The notes beneath the pieces were generated by a model. It saw nothing but the letters and a program-made list of their open reading frames with translations, made no database searches and was not told where the DNA came from. Shown one piece after another: positions 29,956 to 40,916 of a stretch of DNA of 64,000 nt. Origin of the DNA: an uncultured Chloroflexia bacterium (GTDB lineage Bacteria; Chloroflexota; Limnocylindria; Limnocylindrales; CSP1-4); assembly GCA_963768675.1 (NCBI GenBank), contig CAVYIV010000003.1:5439-69438 (forward strand), read 5' to 3'. A program made the translations under genes and the position numbers. The first letter of the stretch is position 1; every line of letters starts with the position of its first letter.

Positions 29956-30803
29956 CAGGCCTTGCCCTCGCTGCCGAACAGGCGGATGTGGTACTTGGCC
30001 ATCTCCATGACGGCCGTCCGCTGGGCCGCGAAGATCTTCGGCGGGTCGTAGTCGCCCGGGTGCTCGGTCATGAAGTCGTAGCCCGACTTCATGTAGGCGA
30101 TCTTGAGGGCGGTGCTGATGTTGACCTTGGCGCAGCCACGCCCGATCAGGTCGCTGAACTGCTCGGGGCTCATGCCGGTCCCGCCGTGGAGCGCGACGGG
30201 CTTGCCCGTCGCCTCGACGATGTCGGTGACGCGCTGGGAATCGAGGTGGGGCGCCGTCTTGTACATCCCATGGGCATTGCCGATGGCGGGCGCGAAGACG
30301 TCGACCCCGGTCTCCCGGACGAAGTCGACGACCGTCTCCAGGCTCTGGACGTGCTCGGCCTCGTCGCCCGTCATCTCCTCGGTGCGCTTGAAGCCCTCGA
30401 TCTCACCCTCGACGTCGGCGCCGTAGCGTCGCGCCTCGGCGACCACCTCGATGCACTGGCGCTTGTTCTCCTCGACCGAGAGCTTCGAGGCGTCGAACAG
30501 CACCGAGTTCCAGCCCTTGGCAAGGCAGGCGCTGATCACGTCCCGCTCCGGGCAGTGGTCCAGGTGGAGTGCGACGGGGACGCGCACGTTCTTCGTGTAC
30601 GCCTGCCACATGGCGTACATGGCGTCCAGGCCGGTCATCTTCACGTGCTTAACCGAGGTCTGCAGGATGACCGGGGCCCGCAGCTCTTCGGCGGCGGCCA
30701 GGACGGCTTCCATGGAAAGGTCGTTGATCACGTTGATCGCCGCCACGCCGTATCGCTCGGCGAAGGCACGGTCGAGGATCTGCCTGGTCGGCACAACTGG
30801 CAC
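29952..30803 (-). CDS. Class II ketose-bisphosphate aldolase
   Basis: ALHLDH, EGEI, AIGNAHG, LHGGTG, KVNIST. Confidence 0.93.
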   Translation of the reverse strand: MPVVPTRQILDRAFAERYGVAAINVINDLSMEAVLAAAEELRAPVILQTSVKHVKMTGLDAMYAMWQAYTKNVRVPVALHLDHCPERDVISACLAKGWNSVLFDASKLSVEENKRQCIEVVAEARRYGADVEGEIEGFKRTEEMTGDEAEHVQSLETVVDFVRETGVDVFAPAIGNAHGMYKTAPHLDSQRVTDIVEATGKPVALHGGTGMSPEQFSDLIGRGCAKVNISTALKIAYMKSGYDFMTEHPGDYDPPKIFAAQRTAVMEMAKYHIRLFGSEGKAW

Positions 30804-30858
30804 GCCGGTCCCTCCCCTCGGGACGCGATTCACCTCGGGTGATCCGGGCATGCGCAGA

Positions 30859-30891
30859 TTGCGACCCGGATGCGACCTCGTTGCGAGTCTA
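30859..30891. promoter_or_regulatory. Three 11-bp-period direct repeats upstream of the aldolase operon
   Basis: TTGCGACCCGG / ATGCGACCTCG / TTGCGAGTCTA; last unit contains a minus-strand TAGACT -10. Confidence 0.45.
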
Positions 30892-30969
30892 GATCGCGAA
30901 AGGGCCCGCAACCGTCAAGGTCGCGTCAATGAATCCTCCGCCCGAACGCCCGGGGAGGTCGGGCGCCAC

Positions 30970-31166
30970 TCACGCGTGAGGGGCGGGGCCCTCGTCTTCG
31001 GCCGGTTCCGCTGCGTCCTCGTGATCGACGAGGAAGTCGGGAACCTCGCCGATCGCAAGCCAGGCGAGTGCCACGCCGGTGACCACGACGAGCACGCCGA
31101 ACCAGACCAGGTACTCGCTGTTCACAGTGTGGCGACGAAGGCAGGCAGCGGCACGAGCGCGGGCAT
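30970..31166 (-). CDS. Small single-pass membrane protein, not in ORF track (possible indel near 31125)
   Basis: GTG at 31125 gives VNSEYLVWFGVLVVVTGVALAWLAIGEVPDFLVDHEDAAEPAEDEGPAPHA* with GC3-rich codons; TATACT 7 nt before ATG at 31166. Confidence 0.55.
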
Positions 31167-31265
31167 CGGGGCGAGTATACGGAGGCGGCGCCCGCCCGCC
31201 TGCCGTGCCCGGGCCGACCGGCGGCCGAGCCGGCCGAGCCGGCCGCTCGCCGGTACACTGCCGCG

Positions 31266-33241
<1,976 letters not shown>

Positions 33242-33339
33242 AGCGAGTGGCACCCGTCCCCGCCCGCGCAGGCTGACCAGCGCAACGCCCCGACGCTCGC
33301 GGCCTTGCCTGGCATTGCGGGCGGCTAGACTCCGCCGGG

Positions 33340-35004
33340 ATGACTCATCGATACGTGGTCCTCCACGGCGGCGCGATCCTCACCCTCGAGGGCGCGCTGC
33401 CGAGCGACGCCGCCTCGCGCGCGGCGGGCGACCCGGGCGTGCCCGACGCGGCTGGCCGCCGGGTCACCGCGATCTGCTACGCCCACGATCGGATCCTCGC
33501 CGCGGGCGCCGACGACGAGGTCCTGGCGCTCGCGGGGCCCGACTCGGAGGTCATTGACCTTCATGGCCGGGCCGTCGCCCCGGGGTTCGTGGAGTCGCAT
33601 GCACACCCCTACTGGGAGGGGTTCGTCGACGGCACAGCGCTGATCGCCGGCCGCGAGCGGCGTGCTGCCATCCGCGCCGTCCCCGGGGCGGGGCAGCACC
33701 TGGAGGCCGACGCGTGGCTCGTCGCCCGCTACGACCCGACCGGCTGGGACCGCCCCGACGACCCGACCCGCGACGACCTCGATCGGACCGTTCCGGACCG
33801 GCCGGTCCTGCTCGCCCACGTTTCCGGCCACGCGGTGGTGGCGAACAGCCTGGCCCTCGCGCTCGCCGGCCTCGGCCGTGCCTCGGAGGACCAGCCCGGC
33901 CGGATGATGATCGAGCGCGATGCGTCCGGGGAGCCGACTGGGATCGTCCGCGGCCCGGACGCCTGGGACCGAATCGCGGGGGCGATGCCCCCGCCGACCG
34001 CCGCCGAGGGCCGGGCGGCTCTGTCGCGCGCGGCCGCGCGCCTTGCCGCGGACGGCGTCACGAGCGTTGCCGACGCCGACGTGGGATCCACGCACGGCAT
34101 CGACGTTGAGCTCGCTGCCTGGGCGAGGGCAATCGCGTCCGGCGAGATGCCGCTGGCCGTGGCGCTGCTGCCCAGCCTCGTCCGCCTCGCACCCGATCCG
34201 GGCGACACCATCCCGTCCCCGGCCGAGATCTCGGCTGGCCTGCCGAAGGCCATCCGCGAGGACGTCCGGCTGACGCACCTGAAGCTGAAGGCGGACGGCG
34301 CCCTGACGACGCACACGGCCTGGCTGCGCGCCCCCTACGAGGATGCGCCGCACGCGGGCGGGCCCGTCCACGACCTCGCCGCGCTCGCCGAACGCGTCCG
34401 AGGAGCCGTGCAGGCCGGCTGGGGGTTGGCGACTCACGCGATCGGCGATGCCGCCGTCGCGGCGGTCCTGGATGCCTTTGCGGCGGCGCCGACCCCTGCG
34501 AGGCCCCACCGGATCGAGCACGCGATGCTCCTCGACGCGGAGCTGATCGAACGGCTGGTCGCGTCGCGGGCCAGCGCGGTCGTCCAGCCGGAGTTCCTGG
34601 CCTGGGCCGCGGCAACATATCGCGCCCGGCTCGGCGAGGAGCGCGCGGGCCGGCTCCTTCCCTACGCGGCGCTTCTGCGCGCCGGCATCCCGATGGCTTT
34701 CTCCAGCGATCGACCGGTCGTGGCCGGGGCGCCGCTGGACGGGATCCGGGCTGCGCTGCGCCACGACCCGGGGCTCTCCGCGGCCGAGGCGCTCCACGCG
34801 TGGACCGCCGCGGGCGCCGATGCGCTCGGCGACGACGACGGCGGGCGGCTGGCGGTGGGACGCCGCGCCGACCTGGTGATCCTGTCCGGCGACCCGACGG
34901 CGATCCCCCGGGATGCCTGGATCGGCGGCGGGGACGGCATCGTCCTGGTCGCGACCGTCGCGGGCGGTCGCGTCGTGGCGGGCCGCCTGGAGGAGCAGGC
35001 GTGA
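33340..35004 (+). CDS. Amidohydrolase family 3 (YtcJ-like)
   Basis: PGFVESHAH, H..VANS.AL, K..ADG, HAIGD, RIEHA, SSD.PV. Confidence 0.9.
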   Translation: MTHRYVVLHGGAILTLEGALPSDAASRAAGDPGVPDAAGRRVTAICYAHDRILAAGADDEVLALAGPDSEVIDLHGRAVAPGFVESHAHPYWEGFVDGTALIAGRERRAAIRAVPGAGQHLEADAWLVARYDPTGWDRPDDPTRDDLDRTVPDRPVLLAHVSGHAVVANSLALALAGLGRASEDQPGRMMIERDASGEPTGIVRGPDAWDRIAGAMPPPTAAEGRAALSRAAARLAADGVTSVADADVGSTHGIDVELAAWARAIASGEMPLAVALLPSLVRLAPDPGDTIPSPAEISAGLPKAIREDVRLTHLKLKADGALTTHTAWLRAPYEDAPHAGGPVHDLAALAERVRGAVQAGWGLATHAIGDAAVAAVLDAFAAAPTPARPHRIEHAMLLDAELIERLVASRASAVVQPEFLAWAAATYRARLGEERAGRLLPYAALLRAGIPMAFSSDRPVVAGAPLDGIRAALRHDPGLSAAEALHAWTAAGADALGDDDGGRLAVGRRADLVILSGDPTAIPRDAWIGGGDGIVLVATVAGGRVVAGRLEEQA

Positions 35005-35915
35005 CGGTCGCTGCGGCCGTCCTCGTCTTCGGCTTCGATCCCTCCTTCCAGTTCGGGGACATCGCCGTCCGCTGGCAGACCCTGGGGATCGCAGTCGCAG
35101 TTCTCGCCGGGCTCGCCTGGTGTGCGCTGATCGCGGGCCGGACCCCGGCCTTCGACACCTGGATCGGGATGCGTGTCGACGGGTCGGAAGGCGCCGGAGG
35201 CACCTGGCACCTCCGCCGCGACGACCTGCTGTTCATCGTGATCGGGGCGATCCCCGGTGCGGTGGTGCTCGGACGGGTCGGCTACGGTCTCCTGCACGCG
35301 GACTGGTACTCGCGCGACTGGCACCAACTCCTCGATCCGGGGAGCGGAAGTCTGGAGCTGACCGGTGCGGTCGTCGGCGGCGCACTGACCGCGATCTACG
35401 TCGCTGCGTTGCTCGATGCGCCGGTGGGCCGGTGGCTCCACGTCGCGATCCGGCCGCTTCTCCTGGTGCTCGCGCTGGGCAAGGCAGCCGAGGTCCTCGG
35501 CGGCGCCGGCCAGGGTTCGATCGGGCCCGACGGCGGCGGGCTCGCGACCGCCTTCGCCGGGGCCGGTCCCTGGGGCAGCCCCGGCGCCGGGCTGCCGGCG
35601 ATCCCCGCCCAGCTCCTCGAGGCCGCGATGGCGGTTGGCGTGCTCCTGCTGGTCACGCTGCTCGGCTGGCGGTCCGGGCTGCGGCGGGCCGACGGGCGCC
35701 TCTTCGCGGTCGGCCTGGCGGCGTGGGCCCTGGGTCGCGCGCTCGTCGCCGCGACGTGGCGCGACGACGCGGTGCTCGGACCGCTGAAGGCCGAGCAGCT
35801 GATCTGCCTCGGCGTGGCGGCGATCGCCGGCGGCGCGGCCACGGCGGCCACGCTCGTGATCCGGCGCCGCCGCAGCGCCGGGTTGCGGGCCGCCCGGAGC
35901 GCGACCCTCAGCTGA
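35001..35915 (+). CDS. Divergent Lgt-family membrane protein lacking catalytic signature
   Basis: Lgt-like layout (DP....G...RW, GA..GR..Y, P.QL.E) but RWGNFxNxE replaced by GKAAEVLGG. Confidence 0.72.
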   Translation: MTVAAAVLVFGFDPSFQFGDIAVRWQTLGIAVAVLAGLAWCALIAGRTPAFDTWIGMRVDGSEGAGGTWHLRRDDLLFIVIGAIPGAVVLGRVGYGLLHADWYSRDWHQLLDPGSGSLELTGAVVGGALTAIYVAALLDAPVGRWLHVAIRPLLLVLALGKAAEVLGGAGQGSIGPDGGGLATAFAGAGPWGSPGAGLPAIPAQLLEAAMAVGVLLLVTLLGWRSGLRRADGRLFAVGLAAWALGRALVAATWRDDAVLGPLKAEQLICLGVAAIAGGAATAATLVIRRRRSAGLRAARSATLS

Positions 35916-37305
35916 TCCGGGCGAAGTCGGTGATGCCGCGGCGCAGGAACCGCCCGTGGTTCGCCGGCCCAACCCAGGTACCGTCGCGGACCAAAACGGT
36001 GCCGCGGCTCATCACCACGTCCGAGGTTCCCTGGATCTCGAAGCCCTCGAAGATCGAGTAGTCGACGTCCATGTGGTGCGTCGCTGCGCCGATCGTCCGG
36101 CGCCGGTTCGGGTCGTAGACGAGGATGTCCGCGTCCGAGCCGACCGCGATCGCGCCCTTCTGCGGGTACATCCCGAACATCCTGGCGGGGGCGGTGGACA
36201 TGATCTCTACCCACCGCTCGAGCGAGATCCGGCCGTGGACGACGCCGCCGTCGTGGAGCAGGTCCACCCGGTCCTCAACGGCCGGCAGCCCGTTGGGGAT
36301 CTTGCGGAAATCGTCTCGCCCGAGGTCCTTCTGGCCGTGGAAGTCGAACGGGCAATGATCTGTCGCGACGAGCTGCAGGGTGTCCGTGCGAAGCCCGCGC
36401 CACAGGTCCACCTGGTGGTCCTTCGGGCGAAGCGGCGGGCTGCAGACGTACTTGGCGCCCTCGAACCCGATCTCCAGGTCGTCGAGCGAGAGGAAGAGGT
36501 ACTGCGGACACGTCTCGGCAAACGCCATCGCGCCGCGACCCCGGGCGGCCGTGACCGCCTCCAGGGCGTCGCGGGACGAGAGGTGGACGACGTAGACGGG
36601 GACGCCGGCCGCCTCGGCCAGGCGGATGACCCGGTTGGTCGCCTCGCCTTCGAGGATGGCGTAGCGGGCCAGGCCGTGCCCGATCGGGCCGGTGATCCCG
36701 GCGGCCACGAGGTCAGCGGCGATCACGTCGATCACGGGCCCGTTCTCGGCATGCATCATGACCAGCCCACCGTTCTCGCGGGTTCGCTGCATGGCCCGGA
36801 AGATGTGGTCGTCGGGGCTGTAGTTGACGCCCGGGTAGGCTGTGAAGAGCTTGAACTCCGGGACGCCCTCGGCGACGAGCTGGTCCATCTCGGCTAGCGT
36901 CGCGTCGGTCACGTCCGTCATCATCATGTGGAAGCCGTAGTCGATGGCCGTGTGCCCCTCGGCCTTGGCGCGCCAGGCGTCGAGCCCCTCGCGGAGCGGG
37001 CGGCCCTTCGTCTGCGCAGCGAAGTCGAGCATGGTCGTGGTGCCGCCGTGGGCGGCCGCTTTCGAGCCGGTCTCGAAGGTGTCCTTCGCGACCGTGCCGC
37101 CGAAGGGCAGCTCCATGTGCGTGTGGACGTCGATCCCGCCGGGCACGACGTACTTCCCGGTCGCGTCGATCGTCTCGTCGGCGGTGACCCCGGTGCCCGG
37201 CAGGTCGCGGCCGAGCAGGGCGATCGTCTCGCCGTCGACCAGCACGTCCGACAGGTACGAACCGGCGGCCGTGACGACGAGTCCGTTCGTGATGAGTGTG
37301 CGCAT
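35908..37305 (-). CDS. hydA: Dihydropyrimidinase
   Basis: PGGIDVHTH, FKLFTAY, HAENG, ETCPQY, CSPPLR, TDHCPF, KIPNG. Confidence 0.95.
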   Translation of the reverse strand: MRTLITNGLVVTAAGSYLSDVLVDGETIALLGRDLPGTGVTADETIDATGKYVVPGGIDVHTHMELPFGGTVAKDTFETGSKAAAHGGTTTMLDFAAQTKGRPLREGLDAWRAKAEGHTAIDYGFHMMMTDVTDATLAEMDQLVAEGVPEFKLFTAYPGVNYSPDDHIFRAMQRTRENGGLVMMHAENGPVIDVIAADLVAAGITGPIGHGLARYAILEGEATNRVIRLAEAAGVPVYVVHLSSRDALEAVTAARGRGAMAFAETCPQYLFLSLDDLEIGFEGAKYVCSPPLRPKDHQVDLWRGLRTDTLQLVATDHCPFDFHGQKDLGRDDFRKIPNGLPAVEDRVDLLHDGGVVHGRISLERWVEIMSTAPARMFGMYPQKGAIAVGSDADILVYDPNRRRTIGAATHHMDVDYSIFEGFEIQGTSDVVMSRGTVLVRDGTWVGPANHGRFLRRGITDFARIS

Positions 37306-37315
37306 CGGGTTCTCC

Positions 37316-38323
37316 TCAGGCGTGGGCAGCCGGGGTGTCGCGAAGGGCGGGGATGACCTGGCGGCCGTAGATCGCCAGCTGCTCCTCCTCGTTGCCGTTC
37401 ATCAGGTACAGGTTGAACTGGTCCACCCCCGCCGCGGCGAGGGCCCGCAGCTTCGCGACGTGGGCCTCCACGCCGCCCACGATCCCGAAGCGATCGACGA
37501 TGTCGTCGGTGACGAAGTCGGCGTTCGAGCTGCCGACCTCCGCGTGATGGAGGTAGTCGTAGCCTTCGCGGCCCCGGACGTAGCGCGTCAGCTCCTCCGG
37601 CAGGTTTCCCTGGTACTTGTTGACGAGGTCCACGACGTGGTTCCCCACCAGCGCGGGGAACCAGCGGATCCGATCGCGGCCGTCGGCGAGGTCCCCGACG
37701 TGCGCCGGCGCCGCGGCCATGATGCGCACGGCGGCGGGGTCGCGGCCGGCCTCCCGTGCGGACGCCCGGACCTGGTCCACGAACCAGCGGATCAGGTCGG
37801 GGTCGGCGAGCTGGAGCATGGCTCCGTCGGCCACGCGCCCGGTCATCTTCAGGGCCACCGGCCCGTAGCCGGCCACCCAGACCGGGAGCCGGTACCCCGG
37901 CGACCAGGGGAAATGGAGCGAGGCGCCCTCGTACTCGATCGGTCGGCCCTCGGCGAGCGCGCGGATGACGTGGATCGCCTCCTCGAGCGTGGCCATCGTC
38001 GTCGGCGGCTTGCCCAGGACGCGGATGGCGGAGTCGCCCCGCCCGATCCCGAGGTCGAAGCGGCCCCCGGACAGCTCCTGCAGCACGGCGAGGCTGGACG
38101 CCGTCACCGAGGGTTCGCGGGTGGCGGGGTTCGTCACGCACGTGCCCAGGCGCAGGGTCGTCGTCTCGCGCGCGATCAGCGTCAGGAGCGGGTACGGGTC
38201 GCGCCAGATGACGTGGCTGTCGAAGATCCAGCAGTAGGCGAAGCCGGAAGCCTCGGCCTGCTTCGCGAGCGCCAGCGTCCGCTCGATCGGCTGGTCGGGC
38301 TTGAGCGTGATCCCGAACTGCAT
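37316..38323 (-). CDS. LLM-class F420-dependent oxidoreductase (TIGR03842-like)
   Basis: FDSHVIW, GTCVTNPATR, LGIGRGDSA, AGYGP..L...G..ADG, LQLADP, VGNHV, YDY.HH. Confidence 0.85.
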   Translation of the reverse strand: MQFGITLKPDQPIERTLALAKQAEASGFAYCWIFDSHVIWRDPYPLLTLIARETTTLRLGTCVTNPATREPSVTASSLAVLQELSGGRFDLGIGRGDSAIRVLGKPPTTMATLEEAIHVIRALAEGRPIEYEGASLHFPWSPGYRLPVWVAGYGPVALKMTGRVADGAMLQLADPDLIRWFVDQVRASAREAGRDPAAVRIMAAAPAHVGDLADGRDRIRWFPALVGNHVVDLVNKYQGNLPEELTRYVRGREGYDYLHHAEVGSSNADFVTDDIVDRFGIVGGVEAHVAKLRALAAAGVDQFNLYLMNGNEEEQLAIYGRQVIPALRDTPAAHA

Positions 38324-38355
38324 GCGGCGCCTCCTCCGATCGGCCCCCGGCTCGG

Positions 38356-39205
38356 CTACGGTCGGACCAGGTCCCCGTACGCCTCCGGTCGCCGGTCGCG
38401 GTAGAACTGCCAGGTCTGGCGCACCTCGGTCACGAGGTCGAGGTCCAGGTCGCGAACGACCAGCTCCTCGTCGTACGGGCTGGCCACGCCGCCCACGATC
38501 TGGCCGCGCGGGTCGCAGAAGTAGCTCTGCCCGTAGAAGTCGTCGTCGCCGAGCCCCTCGGTCCCGACGCGGTTGATGGTGCCGACGAAGTAGCCGTTCG
38601 CGACGGCGTGGCTCGGCTGCTCGATCCGCCAGAGGTACTCGGAGAGGCCGCGGCTCGTGGCGCTCGGGATCAGCACGATCTCGGCCCCGTTGAGGCCCAG
38701 CGCGCGGGCGCCTTCAGGGAAGTGGCGGTCGTAGCAGATGTACACGCCGATCTTGCCGACGGCCGTCTCGAACACGGGGTAGCCGAGGTTGCCCGGACGG
38801 AAGTAGAACTTCTCCCAGAAGCCCTTGATGTGCGGGATGTGGGTCTTGCGGTACTTGCCCAGGTAGGTCCCGTCCGCGTCGATGACCGCCGCGGTGTTGT
38901 AGTAGAGGCCGGACGCCTGCGAATCCTCCTCGTACATCGGGACCACGAGGACGAGCCCCGTCTGCTTCGCGAGGTCCTGCATCCGCGTGGTCGTCGGCCC
39001 GTCCGGGATCAGCTCCGTGTAGGCGTAGTAGGCGGGATCCTGGACCTGGCAGAAGTACGGCCCGTAGAAGAGCTCCTGGAACAGGACGAACAGGGCGCCC
39101 TGCGCCTTTGCCTCGTGGGCGCGCTGCTCGTGCTTCCGGATCATCGACTCCTTGTCGCCGGTCCAGGTCGCCTGGACGAGGGCGCCTCGCACGATTTCGC
39201 GGCAT
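38356..39205 (-). CDS. Beta-ureidopropionase-like carbon-nitrogen hydrolase (frameshift near start)
   Basis: FQELFYGPYFC, KYRKTHIP, FWEKFYF.PGN.G, ICYDRHFPE, RDRRP. Confidence 0.92.
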
Positions 39206-39550
39206 CGGTCACCTCTGGTCGGGATCGCGGGAGCAGGGCAGGAGGCGCGGCCGCAGCGCAGGACGCGCTCCCCGGCCGCCCGTCGGGAACCTTCCGGAAT
39301 GCTACACGGCCCAACGCGGAGCGTCCCGCACGCCCCCAGTGCGGGCGCCGCGTTGCGGGCGCCGTGTCCTCCCGCCGGGCCGCATGCCGCCCCGTGCGGG
39401 TGTGGTCTAATGGCGAGCGTTCCCCGGACGGCACGGACAGAGCAGGTCGGCGCCGTCCTGACCGCCCGTGGCTCGTCGTCGCGGTCGGTGAGCGTCGCGC
39501 CAGCAGGTTCGCGGATGGCGTGCCGTGCATGCCCCGCCTCGAGGTGACCG

Positions 39551-40888
39551 ATGACCGTTCGAACCGCCGCCGTTCCGATGTCGAGCCAAGAGGTCGTCCG
39601 GCTCTCGCGCGCCCACACGTTCTTCTCGTGGTCGGTCCAGGGCGCCCTGGACCCGATCGCGGTCGACCGCGCGGAGGGCGTCTACCTCTACACGCCCGAG
39701 GGCGAGCGGATCCTCGACTTCAACAGCCAGCTCATGTCGGTCAACATCGGCCACGGCGACCGGCGCGTCATCGACGCGATCACCGCGCAGGCAAGCCGAC
39801 TGCAGTACGTCCAGCCCGCCTTCGTGACCGAGATCCGGGCCCGCCTGGGCGCGAAGCTCGCCGAGATCCTGCCCGGCGACATGGACAAGGTCTTCTTCAC
39901 GCTCGGCGGCGCCGAGGCCGTCGAGAATGCGATCCGGCTGGCCCGCCTCTACACGGGCCGCCTCAAGATCCTCGCCCGCTACCGCAGCTATCACGGCGCC
40001 ACGCTCGGGTCGATGACGCTCACTGGTGACCCAAGGCGCTGGGCGAACGAGCCGGGGATCGTGGGTGTCGTGCGCTACCCGGACACGCACCGCTGGGGCG
40101 AGAAGGAGCCGCGGCCCGTGGCCGAGAGCCTCCAGGGCCTCGAGGACGTCATCCAGTACGAGGGGCCGCACACCATCGCGGCGGTCTTCCTCGAGACGAT
40201 CGTCGGCACGAACGGGATCCTGATCCCGCCCGACGGCTACCTCCAGGGCGTCCGCGAGCTATGCAACCGATACGGGATCCTGATGGTCGCGGACGAGGTG
40301 ATGGCCGGGTTCGGCCGCACCGGCCGCTGGTTTGCCGTCGACCACTGGAACGTGGTCCCGGACCTCATGACGATGGCCAAGGGCCTGACGTCGAGCTACC
40401 TGCCCCTGGGCGGCGTCGCGATGCGCCACCACGTGGCCGAGGCGTTCGAGTCGAAGATGTACCACGGTGGCCTGACCTACAGCAGCCACCCGGTCAGCCT
40501 TGCGGCCGCGCTCGCGACGATCGGCGTCTACGAGGAGGATGGGCTCATCGAGCGATCCGCCCGGCTCGGCACGGTCATGCGGGGCCACCACGAGGCGCTC
40601 GCGGCAAAGCACCCGAGCGTGGGCGCGCACCGCAACCTGGGGCTCTTCGGGATCCTCGACCTGGTCCGCAGCCGTGATCCGTTCGTCCCGCTGACGGCCT
40701 TCAACGGCACGTCCGACGAGATGAAGGCCGTGGCGAAATTCCTGCGCCAGAACCATCTCTACACGATGACGCCCAACAACTCGATCCACACGAACCCGCC
40801 GCTCTGCATCACCGAGGAGCAGCTGGCCGAGGGCTTCGAGGTGATCGACCGCGCGCTCGAGATTGCCGACGAGGCCGTGACTGGCTGA
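39551..40888 (+). CDS. Class III aminotransferase (beta-alanine/taurine-type), divergent from the pyrimidine genes
   Basis: DFNSQL, SYHG, E...GTNG, DEVMAGFGRTG, AKGLTS.Y.P. Confidence 0.9.
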   Translation: MTVRTAAVPMSSQEVVRLSRAHTFFSWSVQGALDPIAVDRAEGVYLYTPEGERILDFNSQLMSVNIGHGDRRVIDAITAQASRLQYVQPAFVTEIRARLGAKLAEILPGDMDKVFFTLGGAEAVENAIRLARLYTGRLKILARYRSYHGATLGSMTLTGDPRRWANEPGIVGVVRYPDTHRWGEKEPRPVAESLQGLEDVIQYEGPHTIAAVFLETIVGTNGILIPPDGYLQGVRELCNRYGILMVADEVMAGFGRTGRWFAVDHWNVVPDLMTMAKGLTSSYLPLGGVAMRHHVAEAFESKMYHGGLTYSSHPVSLAAALATIGVYEEDGLIERSARLGTVMRGHHEALAAKHPSVGAHRNLGLFGILDLVRSRDPFVPLTAFNGTSDEMKAVAKFLRQNHLYTMTPNNSIHTNPPLCITEEQLAEGFEVIDRALEIADEAVTG

Positions 40889-40916
40889 TGCGGTTCGTGG
40901 GCCCGGCTGCCCGCGA

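Noticed and set aside
29182-30803. Calvin-cycle cluster suggested by CbbY-like HAD and aldolase
   Set aside because: No Rubisco or phosphoribulokinase gene in the window
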